NCBI GenBank assembly: GCA_965221295.1
Contig: OZ244879.1
Span: 2,897,603-2,961,602 of the forward strand
Length of the DNA: 64,000 nt
Source of the DNA: Dehalococcoidia bacterium
GTDB lineage: Bacteria; Chloroflexota; Dehalococcoidia; Lucifugimonadales; UBA3495
Direction of reading: 5' to 3'
Positions 9,837-19,132 of this stretch are shown here, in pieces. Made by a program: the position numbers and the translations under genes. The notes below the pieces were generated by a model that did not search any database, was not told the DNA's origin, and was given only the letters and a program-made list of their open reading frames with translations. Each line of letters opens with the position of its first letter. Position 1 is the first letter of the stretch.

Positions 9837-11036
9837 TCATATCTCGAGGGGCGTCACGCATCGGGCCGGGTCGCATTCTTGCATCACGGTTGGTCGATAG
9901 CCGGCGTGTATGAAGTCAGCCAGCAACTTCCCGGCCATGGGGCCGCGACCGAACCCGGACGATGCCAGGCCGGTGGCGATGTAAAGGTTCTCCATGCCAG
10001 GCGCTGCCCCAATGATGGGTTTGCCATCAAGGGAAAAGGGCATCAAACCCGACCAAGAGCGGTTGATACCGACCTCATGCAAGAAGGGGAGCGCCTCGGC
10101 CGTGTGGGCGAAATTCGCTTCCACGCCGCTCATATCCAAAGACCGGTCGTAACCGACCAGTTGGCGATCCCCTCCAAAGATGATTTCACCCTCCCGTGTT
10201 TGTCTCCCATAAAGGTGCCTGGTGACTCGTTGGCTGCCCAGGTGGGTCAGTTCGGGTGGGGTGTCCGGGCCGGCGCCGGGGCTGCCATTCCAATGGGCGT
10301 ACGACTCCGCGCCGGAAATTCCATGGAAGACACGCGGCGGCAGCGGTTCCGTGGCCCACATCTGGCCGCGCACCGGAACCACCGGGACGCTCAACCCCAG
10401 CATCTTGCCCAACGGCGCGCTCCACGCCCCAGCGGCCAGCACGAGTTTGCCAGCGCTGAATTCCTCGTCGTGACACGCCACTCGGTAGGTATCATCGCCG
10501 GCGCGGGTGATCCCGGTAACCTCCCGACCCAACAGTATCTCGGCTCCGAGGCCGCGGGCCGCCTCGGCGAAGGCGCGGGTGGCCTTTACCGGGTCAGCCT
10601 GACCTCGCAGCGGGAAGCGCATGGCCCCCTTCAGCTGGGGATTCAAGCCCGGTTCGATGCCTCGGGCCTCGTCAATGGTGAGCAAATCCAGGGTGTAGCC
10701 CAGAGATTGCAACCGCAGCGTCCGGTCCCTCGCGTAGTCATACTGTTCGTCCGTCTGTATGACCTGCAGGCCACCGGAAGCCCGGAATTCGATGTCATAA
10801 CCAAGTTCCAGCTGCATCCGCTTGAAGATCTGGAGGCTGCCCATGGTCAGGTGGGATTCCAAGTCGGGAACGTTGCCCCAACCCAGGGCGCCGATGCCTC
10901 CCGCGTTCACCCCGGAGGCTTCGGAGGCGATTTCTCCGCGCTCGAGCAGGATCACCCGGCGTCCATATTCAGCCAGATGAAAGGCAACCGAGGCGCCGGC
11001 GATGCCGCCACCTATGATGACGTCGGCAGCGTCCAT
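9837..11036 (-). CDS. FAD-dependent oxidoreductase (DAO / sarcosine-oxidase beta-like)
   Basis: DVIIGGGIAGASVAFHLAEYGRRVILLERGE dinucleotide-binding motif. RBS AGGAGAG. Confidence 0.85.
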   Translation of the reverse strand: MDAADVIIGGGIAGASVAFHLAEYGRRVILLERGEIASEASGVNAGGIGALGWGNVPDLESHLTMGSLQIFKRMQLELGYDIEFRASGGLQVIQTDEQYDYARDRTLRLQSLGYTLDLLTIDEARGIEPGLNPQLKGAMRFPLRGQADPVKATRAFAEAARGLGAEILLGREVTGITRAGDDTYRVACHDEEFSAGKLVLAAGAWSAPLGKMLGLSVPVVPVRGQMWATEPLPPRVFHGISGAESYAHWNGSPGAGPDTPPELTHLGSQRVTRHLYGRQTREGEIIFGGDRQLVGYDRSLDMSGVEANFAHTAEALPFLHEVGINRSWSGLMPFSLDGKPIIGAAPGMENLYIATGLASSGFGRGPMAGKLLADFIHAGYRPTVMQECDPARCVTPLEI

Positions 11037-11162
11037 GGCGATCTCTCCTATGGGTTGGGCTCAGGAAAGCATTAACGGCGGCGGCGGTCCGATGGGCGCA
11101 GGGGTTCCGGGCAATCTCGCCAGTCGGAACGGCGACGCCCGAACGTCGATTCTGGAAGCGGA

Positions 11163-11253
11163 TGGCGGAGAGAGCGGGATTCGAACCCGCGATATCCCAG
11201 AGGGATATACCGGTTTTCGAGACCGGCGCCTTCAACCACTCGGCCACCTCTCC
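11163..11253 (-). tRNA. tRNA-Ser (anticodon CGA), 91 nt with long variable arm, encoded CCA
   Basis: The reverse complement folds as a cloverleaf. Acceptor is GGAGAGG/TCTCTCC, anticodon arm CCGGT-CTCGAAA-ACCGG, variable arm ATATCCC-TCT-GGGATAT, and T arm GCGGG-TTCGAAT-CCCGC. Confidence 0.9.
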
Positions 11254-11320
11254 GCAGGATTGGCATATTATTGTATCAGACGGAGTATCAGACGGAGCCG
11301 CGGGGTCCGCGAATCGCGCG

Positions 11321-11329
11321 TGCTATAAT
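11321..11329 (+). promoter_or_regulatory. Extended -10 element TGCTATAAT immediately upstream of the helicase ATG (near-leaderless transcript predicted)
   Basis: TGn+TATAAT at 11321-11329 with the ATG at 11339. There is no SD in between and no good -35. Confidence 0.3.
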
Positions 11330-11338
11330 CGCCCGGTC

Positions 11339-13930
11339 ATGTCCCTCCAACCCCAGTTCTTCTCGAATTCGACCGGCTGGGATTTGCCGGGCCAAGATTC
11401 GTCCGGCCAAGATTCGTCCGGCCGCGCGACTGGGCCGGCCTCAACCCCCTACTGGGAGGAGCCTACCGCATCGCCCTATTGGGATGAATCAGAACTGGCG
11501 GCAGCCATCCCAGAACCTCCAAAAAATCCAGCCGCGCCCGCCCCTTCTCCTGCCATCCTGCAGGGACTCAACGAGCCGCAGCAGCAGGCGGTTCAATGCG
11601 TGGAAGGCCCCGTCCTAATCGTCGCCGGGCCCGGATCCGGCAAGACGCGGGTGATCACCCACCGCATCGCCTACCTGGTTGAAGAATGCGGCGTTGCGCC
11701 CTGGCGCATCTTGGCAGTAACTTTCACCAACAAGGCGGCCCGCGAAATGCGAGAGCGCCTGGATCGCCTGATGATGGGCTCCGGCGAAGCGGTCACCATG
11801 GGCACGTTCCACGCCGTGTGCGCCCGCATCCTGCGGCGACACGGCGAACGGGTCGGGCTGGGTCGCAACTTCACCATCTACGACCAGGACGACCAGATCG
11901 ACGCCATCAAATCCGCCATGTCCCTGGCCGACATTGATCCACGCAGTTACAACCCCCGAGCCCTGCTGTCGCGCATCTCGGCCGCCAAGAGCAGCCTGCA
12001 CGACTCCCGCCAGATGATCCAGTCTGCATACGACGCCGATGACGAATACGGCGCCCATTGGATCGAGACCTGCGCTCGCGTTTATCACTACTACGAGGAG
12101 GCGTTGACCCGTCAAAACGCCGTGGACTTCGACGACCTCCTCATGAGAACGACGCAGCTGCTGGAGTCCTTCCCCGAAGTGCGGGAGCAATACCATGACC
12201 GTTACCATCACATCCTAGTGGACGAGTTCCAGGACACCAACGTCGCCCAGTACCGCCTGGCTCGCCTGCTCACCGGATCGCGCCGCAACCTCTGTGTCGT
12301 GGGCGACCCGGACCAGAGCATCTATTCCTGGCGCAACGCCGACATCCGCAACATCCTCAGCTTCCAGACCGACTTTCCCGACGCCACGGTAATCAGCCTC
12401 GGGGAGAATTATCGCTCCACCAAGAATATCCTCAACGCGGCGGCCAGCGTCATCGCCTCCAACGAGGAACGGATCGAAAGGCCGCTTTACACCAACAACC
12501 CGGTGGGCGCCAAGCTCACCCTCCACGAAGCCTACAGCGAGGAGGACGAGGCCGCTTGGGCGGTGGAGGAGGTCGCCCGCCTGAATCGGGCCAGCCAGTA
12601 CCGGTCCGGAGACTGCGCCATCATGTACCGGATCAACGCCCAGAGCCGCGCCTTCGAAGACCAGTGCATGCGCCAGGGCATTCCGTACCGGCTGGTTGGC
12701 GGCGTCCGTTTCTACCACCGCAAGGAAATCAAGGATGTGATGTGCTATCTCCGGGTCATCTACAACCCGGGCGATGAGGTAAGCCTGCAACGCATCATCA
12801 ACACGCCGCCCCGCGGCATTGGAGCCAAAACCGTTCAGCAACTGACCGCCTACGCCGCTAGCCTGGGCCTCACCACCCGCGCGGCCATGGCCAACATCGC
12901 CGCCGCCCGTTCCAGCGATCGTCCGTGTCCCATTGACGTAACCACCCGCGCGGCGCGTTCCATCGCCAGCCTGTCGGTCACCCTGGATCGACTTGGCGAC
13001 GCCGCCCGCGAGCTGGCCGTGCCGGACCTGCTGGACCGAACGCTGGACATGTCTGGCCTCGCCAAGCACGTCCAAGCCCAGGACGACGGAGACGAACGGT
13101 GGGAAAACATCATGGAACTGCGCGGACTGGCGGAGGATTATGGCCCTCCCGGCGACGGCAGCGCCGACGGCCTCAGCGCGTTCCTTGAGCGCGTTTCCCT
13201 GGTTTCCGACGTGGACCAATACGAACCGTCCGACGACGCATTGACCCTGATCACCCTGCACCAGGCCAAAGGTCTCGAATATCCTGTGGTCATGATGGCC
13301 GGCCTGGAGGAGGGTTTGCTGCCACACAGCCGTTCCATGGACACGCTGCGGGAGATCGAGGAGGAGAGGCGGCTGTGCTACGTGGGCATGACCCGCGCCA
13401 AGGAACGGCTGTACCTGTTGCGGGCGTTTCGACGGCGCTACCCGTCCGCCGGCGGAGTATCCCTCCCCTCGCGATTTCTGGAGGACATACCCGACGAGGT
13501 CCTGGCGTCGCCCGCCGTGGAACGCCCGGCCGGCTCCCGCGCCGGCGACTACTCCCTGAACGCCACCGGCGACCGGCCGGGCCGCAACGAGAACGCGGTC
13601 ATTGGCGGGGAATACGGAGCCCGTCGACGCGCCACCCGAACCCGTTTGGGCGACGGCGCCGGCGAATCCGGGCCAGCCACGCGCGGCCGTCTCCGGGGCA
13701 ATATCGACGAAAAACTCACCGAGTGGGAAAGCAGCCGTTCGGTGGCCACCGCGCAACCCACACGAACCCCGCTCACGGTCGGGGAAATCGTGCGGCATCC
13801 GGTGTTCGGTGAAGGAGTCGTTCAGGAAGTCCAGGGCGAGGGCGAAACCGAGCAGGCCACCGTGCAGTTCGGCGCCGACGTGGGTTTGAAGCGCCTGCTG
13901 GTATCCCTGGCCCCGCTGGAACGGGGTTGA
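11339..13930 (+). CDS. UvrD/PcrA-type ATP-dependent DNA helicase
   Basis: LNEPQQQAV, AGPGSGKTRVITHRIAYL (motif I), VDEFQDTN (motif II), TLHQAKGLEYPVV, YVGMTRAKERL, and a C-terminal Tudor-like VRHPVFGEGVV. The track ORF start at 11162 overlaps the tRNA antisense, so it was trimmed to the ATG at 11339. Confidence 0.9.
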   Translation: MSLQPQFFSNSTGWDLPGQDSSGQDSSGRATGPASTPYWEEPTASPYWDESELAAAIPEPPKNPAAPAPSPAILQGLNEPQQQAVQCVEGPVLIVAGPGSGKTRVITHRIAYLVEECGVAPWRILAVTFTNKAAREMRERLDRLMMGSGEAVTMGTFHAVCARILRRHGERVGLGRNFTIYDQDDQIDAIKSAMSLADIDPRSYNPRALLSRISAAKSSLHDSRQMIQSAYDADDEYGAHWIETCARVYHYYEEALTRQNAVDFDDLLMRTTQLLESFPEVREQYHDRYHHILVDEFQDTNVAQYRLARLLTGSRRNLCVVGDPDQSIYSWRNADIRNILSFQTDFPDATVISLGENYRSTKNILNAAASVIASNEERIERPLYTNNPVGAKLTLHEAYSEEDEAAWAVEEVARLNRASQYRSGDCAIMYRINAQSRAFEDQCMRQGIPYRLVGGVRFYHRKEIKDVMCYLRVIYNPGDEVSLQRIINTPPRGIGAKTVQQLTAYAASLGLTTRAAMANIAAARSSDRPCPIDVTTRAARSIASLSVTLDRLGDAARELAVPDLLDRTLDMSGLAKHVQAQDDGDERWENIMELRGLAEDYGPPGDGSADGLSAFLERVSLVSDVDQYEPSDDALTLITLHQAKGLEYPVVMMAGLEEGLLPHSRSMDTLREIEEERRLCYVGMTRAKERLYLLRAFRRRYPSAGGVSLPSRFLEDIPDEVLASPAVERPAGSRAGDYSLNATGDRPGRNENAVIGGEYGARRRATRTRLGDGAGESGPATRGRLRGNIDEKLTEWESSRSVATAQPTRTPLTVGEIVRHPVFGEGVVQEVQGEGETEQATVQFGADVGLKRLLVSLAPLERG

Positions 13931-14178
13931 TCAATCTCGCAACGGCAAACCGGCGCCAATCGATACCTCGCCGCCGCGCCACGCCGAATGGCAACGCTCC
14001 CGGCGAGGTTCCAGTAGACCAACATCTGCCGAGTTTCAAATCCACGGAATTTTCGCATGGGTTAGAAAAAGGCGCAATGCGGCCATTTGGAGAGTTTTGG
14101 CACGAATTTCGCCAGATTGGTCAAATAAAAAGACGAAACACGTTCCAAAATACGGCGCAACGGTTGCAACGCATAGTT

Positions 14179-14207
14179 TTGACCTGATAGCATTCTGAAC
14201 ATATACT
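14179..14207 (+). promoter_or_regulatory. Sigma-70-like promoter for the ABC importer operon
   Basis: TTGACC (14179-14184), 17-nt spacer, TATACT (14202-14207), in an AT-richer intergenic region 72 nt upstream of the start codon. Confidence 0.4.
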
Positions 14208-14278
14208 ACCTTCCGCTTTGCCGCATCGCGCCAGGCTGCGCGCTGCGGCGGTAACGCTATTCGTTCGGAGGTACCAAA

Positions 14279-16141
14279 TTGGTCAAGCCTACGATCCTTG
14301 TCGCCGTGGCCGCCGCGTTGTTGCTGGCCATTGGCGTTGCCTGCGGAGGCGCCGCCCAGGAGGAGCCCGCCACTTCGGCTCCCCCGGCCGAGTCTCAAAC
14401 GCAGGGGCAGCAGGACACAACGCAACAACAACCGGAACAGCCTGCGTCCTCGGACCAGACCGCTCCCGAGACCCCCGCCACCCCCATACCGACGGTAATC
14501 GCCACCGCCACGCCGAGCCCAACCAACACTCCGACGGCGGAGCAGGAAACCGCTGCGGTGGGTGGCCGCCTCCGCATCGCCACCGTCCCGCCGGTGCAAC
14601 AGCTGACTGGTTCGTGGCTCGGCACCACCACTTCGGTGAACACTCAAGTGCGACCCTTCACTGATCCACTGGTGCACACTGACCGCTTCGACGGTTCCCT
14701 AGTTCCCGGCTTGGCCACCCACTGGGAGACCAACGAGGACGGTACTCAGTGGACCTTCTTCCTCAGGGACGACGTCAACTTCCACGGAGATTGGGGCCAG
14801 TTCACCGCCCACGACGTGCCGGTAAGCGCCCAATTCGTCATCAGGGAGGACGCCATCGCGACGGACACCGGTCTATTCCGCGGCCTCTTCGGTGACACCG
14901 CAGAAGAGCTGATGACCAATATCGTAGCTCTGGACGACACCACCATCCAGTTCAACCTCAAGACTCCCAACTCGCTGATGGACTTCTTTGCCGGCGCTCA
15001 GCAGGGCAACTTGTTCATGTACTCCAAGGCTCAGTACGAAGCCGAAGGCATCGAACAGTTGCAACTCAAACCCACCGGCGTCGGGCCGTGGGTCTTTGAG
15101 GAACGCACCATCGACGTGAACATCCTGTACTCCCGCAATGCTGACCACTACCGTCGGTCGCCCTTCTTCGAGGAAATGGAGTACGTGCTCATCCCCGAGG
15201 AAACCACCCGCTTGGCCCAACTCCAAACCCAGCAGGTGCAAATCGGCGAAATCAGCCGCGAGTTGCACTCCGACGCCCAGGGCGCTGGGATGCAGGTTCT
15301 GCAAAGCGAACTCCCATCCATTCAGGTCGCCTTCATCATCGGTGGAGTGTACAACCCCGAAGAAGCCGGCCCGTGCCTGACCGAAGAATTCCAAAACTGC
15401 TTCTACCAACCGGACGAACCACACTTGGACGTCAGGGTGCGCGAAGCCATCAACCGCGCGATCAATCGCGAAGAAATCAACGCGGAGTTGTTCGGCGGCA
15501 TCGGTCGTCAACACACCGTGTGGGGTTTCCATCCAGCTCTCCCAGGCTACAACCCCAGGTGGACGGAAGAGTTCGACGAAAAGTACGGATACGATCCCGA
15601 ACGGGCTCGCGAACTGCTGAAGGAAGCCGGCTATGAGGGATACGATCTCAAGTTGCTCCTCACCCAACTGACCGGCGTGCCCGAAATGATCCCCATGGGC
15701 GAGGCGGCGTTCACCTACCTTTCCAACATCGGCATCAACGTCACTTCCGAGGCCGTCCAGTGGGCAGATTACCGCGCCAAGTACTACCGGCCCGGCAAGA
15801 CTCACGGCACCATCGCCGCCACACGGGGAACTTACCGCCCCGCCGACATCACGCTGCGTTTCTACAACCGCAGCGGCGACGCCGGCTTCTGGCGCACCTC
15901 TGTGGATCCCATGACCGATGTCCTCTACGACAAGGCGACTCAGAGCATCGATCCCGAGGTCAAGGCGCAAGCGCTGCGGGACTTGGGCGACCTCAAGTTC
16001 GACCTCTACTCAGAGGTTCCTATCGTTTGGCTGCCCGCCCAAATCGTGGTGGACCCAACGGCCATCGGTGAGATGGTGTGGCCCGGCAACATCAACGCCA
16101 GCTTCACCCACACCGAGTACATCACCCCGGCCAGCCAGTAG
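14279..16141 (+). CDS. ABC transporter substrate-binding protein, family 5 (peptide/nickel/opine type), lipoprotein-like
   Basis: TTG start 8 nt after GGAGG. Signal peptide with a lipobox-like IGVAC, then an approximately 80-aa Pro/Thr/Gln-rich linker, then an SBP_bac_5-like body. Confidence 0.85.
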   Translation: MVKPTILVAVAAALLLAIGVACGGAAQEEPATSAPPAESQTQGQQDTTQQQPEQPASSDQTAPETPATPIPTVIATATPSPTNTPTAEQETAAVGGRLRIATVPPVQQLTGSWLGTTTSVNTQVRPFTDPLVHTDRFDGSLVPGLATHWETNEDGTQWTFFLRDDVNFHGDWGQFTAHDVPVSAQFVIREDAIATDTGLFRGLFGDTAEELMTNIVALDDTTIQFNLKTPNSLMDFFAGAQQGNLFMYSKAQYEAEGIEQLQLKPTGVGPWVFEERTIDVNILYSRNADHYRRSPFFEEMEYVLIPEETTRLAQLQTQQVQIGEISRELHSDAQGAGMQVLQSELPSIQVAFIIGGVYNPEEAGPCLTEEFQNCFYQPDEPHLDVRVREAINRAINREEINAELFGGIGRQHTVWGFHPALPGYNPRWTEEFDEKYGYDPERARELLKEAGYEGYDLKLLLTQLTGVPEMIPMGEAAFTYLSNIGINVTSEAVQWADYRAKYYRPGKTHGTIAATRGTYRPADITLRFYNRSGDAGFWRTSVDPMTDVLYDKATQSIDPEVKAQALRDLGDLKFDLYSEVPIVWLPAQIVVDPTAIGEMVWPGNINASFTHTEYITPASQ

Positions 16142-16216
16142 ACGATATTGACGCTTCCCACACACAGGGGCAACCGGCCGGTTGCCCCTGCACTCTGCAA
16201 GAAAAGGTAGCAACTC

Positions 16217-17140
16217 GTGCAGCGTTACATCCTTTTCAGGGTCGGACAATCCGTCCTAACCTTGCTGGTGCTCACGGTCATCGTGTTTTCGCTGGCGCGT
16301 CTCTCCGGAGACCCGCTGGACGTGCTGCTTCCGTTGGAAGCCACCAACGAGGACGCCGAACGACTTCGGGCGGCGTGGGGTTTGGACCGGCCACTGTATG
16401 CCCAATATTTCACCTTCATCGGCAATGCCATCACCGGCGACTTCGGCGATTCCCTGCGCGTGCGGGGACGCACCGCCATGAGCTTGGTGCTCGAACGCCT
16501 TCCCAACACCGCGGCGCTGGCTGGCGTGGCGGTCATCGTGGCCATCGTAATCGCCGTGCCCATCGGAGTGCTGTCCGCCGTCAAGAAGGACACTGGCTTC
16601 GACTTCGCCGGCAAACTGATCGCCCTGTTCGGGCAATCGCTGCCCGCCTTCTGGCTGGGCTTGATGCTGATGTGGGTGTTCGCCGCGCAATTGCAATGGT
16701 TCCCAGTGTCCGGCAAGGAAGAGGGAGCCCTGTCATACATCCTGCCGGCCATCGCCATCGGTTGGTTTCAAGTAGCGGCCCTCATGCGCCTGGTGCGTTC
16801 CTCCATGCTGGACGTACTGGACACCGAATACGTGAAACTGGCCCGGATCAAGGGCGTTCCAGAATGGAAAGTCGTTTGGAAGCACTGCCTGCGCAACGCG
16901 GCCATCGCGCCGTTCACCTACTTCGCCCTCATCATCGGGTCCCTGATGGTGGGTTCGGTGTCCATTGAGTTCGTGTTTGCCTGGCCCGGCGTGGGCCGGC
17001 TTGCCGTGGACGCGGCGGTGACCAAGGACTTCCCGGTGGTCCAGGCTGTGGTCATCACGTTCTGCCTGGTGTACATCATCGCCAATCTGTTGGTGGACAT
17101 CGCGTACGCGTACGTTGATCCCAGGATCCGCTACAACTAG
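16217..17140 (+). CDS. ABC transporter permease (DppB/OppB-like)
   Basis: N-terminal RYILFRVGQSVLTLLVLTVIVF. The EAA-like loop is YVKLARIKGVPEWKVVWKHCLRNA. Confidence 0.85.
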   Translation: MQRYILFRVGQSVLTLLVLTVIVFSLARLSGDPLDVLLPLEATNEDAERLRAAWGLDRPLYAQYFTFIGNAITGDFGDSLRVRGRTAMSLVLERLPNTAALAGVAVIVAIVIAVPIGVLSAVKKDTGFDFAGKLIALFGQSLPAFWLGLMLMWVFAAQLQWFPVSGKEEGALSYILPAIAIGWFQVAALMRLVRSSMLDVLDTEYVKLARIKGVPEWKVVWKHCLRNAAIAPFTYFALIIGSLMVGSVSIEFVFAWPGVGRLAVDAAVTKDFPVVQAVVITFCLVYIIANLLVDIAYAYVDPRIRYN

Positions 17141-17152
17141 GAGCATCTCAAC

Positions 17153-18088
17153 ATGGCTGCGGAAAATCGCGCCGTAGAACCACAGCTGGCCGTCGACTCG
17201 ATGAGCGAGGCGGCCGCCCCGTCTCGCAGCCGCGCCGGCCGGTTCTGGGCCGAGGCGCGCCGGTATCCCCTGTTTCCCATCGCGCTCTTGCTGATCGTGT
17301 TGGTGATACCAGCGATATTCGCCGATTGGGTCGCCCCTCATGACCCGAAACTGGGTACCCTAAGCACCCGTTTGCTGCCGCCGGCCTGGATGGAGGGCGG
17401 CGACCCTCAGTACTTGCTGGGAACTGACCGGGTGGGCCGTGACATCCTCTCTCGCATCATGCACGGGGCCAGGGTGTCCGTTATCATCGCCGCCGTCGCC
17501 ATATTCATCGCCGGCCTGGTGGGCACCACTCTGGGCATCGCCGCTGGCTATTGGGGAGGATGGGTAGATTCGGTGGTGATGCGCCTCGTCGACATTTCCT
17601 TATCAATCCCCATCATTCTGCTGGCTCTGGTCATCGTCGCCGCCACGAGACCCAGCATCACCAACGTGATCCTCGTGCTGGTGCTGCTGCTGTGGTCCAG
17701 ATACGCCCGCCTGGTGCGCGGCGAGACGCTGGCGGTGCGGGTGCAGGACTTCATTTCGCGAGCCAGGGTGTCCGGCGCGTCCCACCGCAGGATCATGCTT
17801 CGGCACGTCTTCCCCAACGTCTTCAACAGCGTTATCGTGCTGGCCACCCTCAACGTGGGGTTCGTCATCATCCTGGAAGCCACGTTGAGCTTCTTGGCGG
17901 TGGGCATACCACCCCCGCAGCCGGCGTGGGGCCTCATGGTCGCCGACGGGCGCGTGCTGATCGCGTCGGCTCAAGGCTGGTGGGTATCGTTGTTCCCAGG
18001 CTTGGCCATCATGCTGGTGGTGCTGAGCATGAACCTGCTCGGAGACTGGTTGCGCGACCGCCTGGATCCGAAACAACGCCAGGTGTAG
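17153..18088 (+). CDS. ABC transporter permease (DppC/OppC-like)
   Basis: [21 protein letters not shown] and [23 protein letters not shown] motifs, with six hydrophobic helices. Confidence 0.85.
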   Translation: MAAENRAVEPQLAVDSMSEAAAPSRSRAGRFWAEARRYPLFPIALLLIVLVIPAIFADWVAPHDPKLGTLSTRLLPPAWMEGGDPQYLLGTDRVGRDILSRIMHGARVSVIIAAVAIFIAGLVGTTLGIAAGYWGGWVDSVVMRLVDISLSIPIILLALVIVAATRPSITNVILVLVLLLWSRYARLVRGETLAVRVQDFISRARVSGASHRRIMLRHVFPNVFNSVIVLATLNVGFVIILEATLSFLAVGIPPPQPAWGLMVADGRVLIASAQGWWVSLFPGLAIMLVVLSMNLLGDWLRDRLDPKQRQV

Positions 18089-18108
18089 CGCCCGAACGCC
18101 GCAACCTG

Positions 18109-18144
18109 AAAAAGGGGGGCTGGCTGAGTTCCTGCCCCCTTTTT
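18109..18144. terminator. Bidirectional intrinsic terminator between convergent genes
   Basis: AAAAAGGGGGGC - 13-nt loop - GCCCCCTTTTT. The GC stem is flanked by an A-run and a T-run, so it works on both strands. Confidence 0.55.
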
Positions 18145-18174
18145 GGGTCAGCGCTTTTGAATATTGCCAAGCCT

Positions 18175-19089
18175 TTACGCGAACTGCGGAATCACATCCT
18201 CGGCAATCGCCTGCATCAACTCACCTATCCGCCCAACGTCGCCCGTATTCAACGCCAGGGCCACGTGCTCGGCCCCAGCATCCCGGTAAGCCGCGATTCC
18301 CGCCACCATGCCGGCAGCGTCGTCGCCCGGCAGCCTAGACCGGTCGGCCGCGCGTTGGCTGGACGGCCCGCCGTGGGCTTCCACTTCCACCCGCACCGAC
18401 ATCGTCAGGGCGTCCGGGTCCCTTCCGGCGGCTTCGGCGATTTCCCGCACGGCACGCCGACCGATGGCGAATTCCTCGGCGCTCACCCCTGAGGGATGCC
18501 AGCCATCGCCCCGCCGTCCGGCCCGCCGCAACGCCCCTGGGCTATTGCCACCCACCCACAAGGGCACGCCAGGCAGGCCCGAAACCGTCTGCGCCGGTTT
18601 TGGCGAGAATTTCAGGTCTCCAATCTTCCAGCCGCCACCGCTGTACTGCGGGTCTTCGTTCGACCACAGCTCCCGCATGATGTCCATGGATTCGTTGGTC
18701 AGGGCGCCTCGTCGATTCAGTGGAATCCCCAGAGCTTCAAATTCCGGTGTCATGGCTCCCACGCCGACTCCCAGCGCCAACCGTCCCCCGGACATTTGGT
18801 CCAGCGTGGCCGCGTATTTTGCCAACTCCACCGGATTGTGGTACGGCAGCACCAGTACCGAAGCGCCCAGCAGGATCCGTGATGTCAATGCCGAAATGTG
18901 CGACAGGGTCGCCATCGGATGATAGTACGGTTTGTCGTCCAGGCGTTCCCGGATGTATCCGTTGTTGAAGAGATGGTCCATGACCCAAATCGAGTCAAAC
19001 CCAAGTTCCTCCGCCCTGACGCCGAATCTGATGACCGCCTGCGGATCCTCGATACCCCAATTATTGGGTACGGTTACGCCAAATTCCAT
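18175..19089 (-). CDS. LLM class (luciferase-like) F420/flavin-dependent oxidoreductase
   Basis: FGVTVP...AEELGFDSIWVMDHL...GGRLALGVGVG...VPLWVGGNSPGALRRAGRRGDGW, typical of LLM proteins. Confidence 0.85.
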   Translation of the reverse strand: MEFGVTVPNNWGIEDPQAVIRFGVRAEELGFDSIWVMDHLFNNGYIRERLDDKPYYHPMATLSHISALTSRILLGASVLVLPYHNPVELAKYAATLDQMSGGRLALGVGVGAMTPEFEALGIPLNRRGALTNESMDIMRELWSNEDPQYSGGGWKIGDLKFSPKPAQTVSGLPGVPLWVGGNSPGALRRAGRRGDGWHPSGVSAEEFAIGRRAVREIAEAAGRDPDALTMSVRVEVEAHGGPSSQRAADRSRLPGDDAAGMVAGIAAYRDAGAEHVALALNTGDVGRIGELMQAIAEDVIPQFA

Positions 19090-19132
19090 TATCGATCCTC
19101 ATGGACTGCCGGGCTTGTTTTCGACCCGGGCG

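Noticed and set aside
9783-11075. Long antisense ORFs typical of high-GC DNA (this one, and also 1799-3040, 12215-13798, 14873-15970, 36236-37339, 39563-40237, 48656-49627, 50081-51133, 54025-54873, 55015-55758)
   Set aside because: Each lies opposite a gene with clear family motifs and is rich in Arg/Gly/Ala/Pro. None has a recognisable motif or an RBS.
11163-11253. tRNA-Ser or tRNA-Asp (35837-35912) as integration sites of a genomic island
   Set aside because: There is no integrase, recombinase or excisionase ORF in the window. I did not see a direct repeat of either tRNA 3' end. The lower-GC module at 24.3-30.8 kb is not adjacent to either tRNA.
11162-11338. Upstream extension of the helicase ORF
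   Set aside because: It runs antisense through tRNA-Ser and has no helicase-like sequence. The ATG at 11339 follows an extended -10 box.
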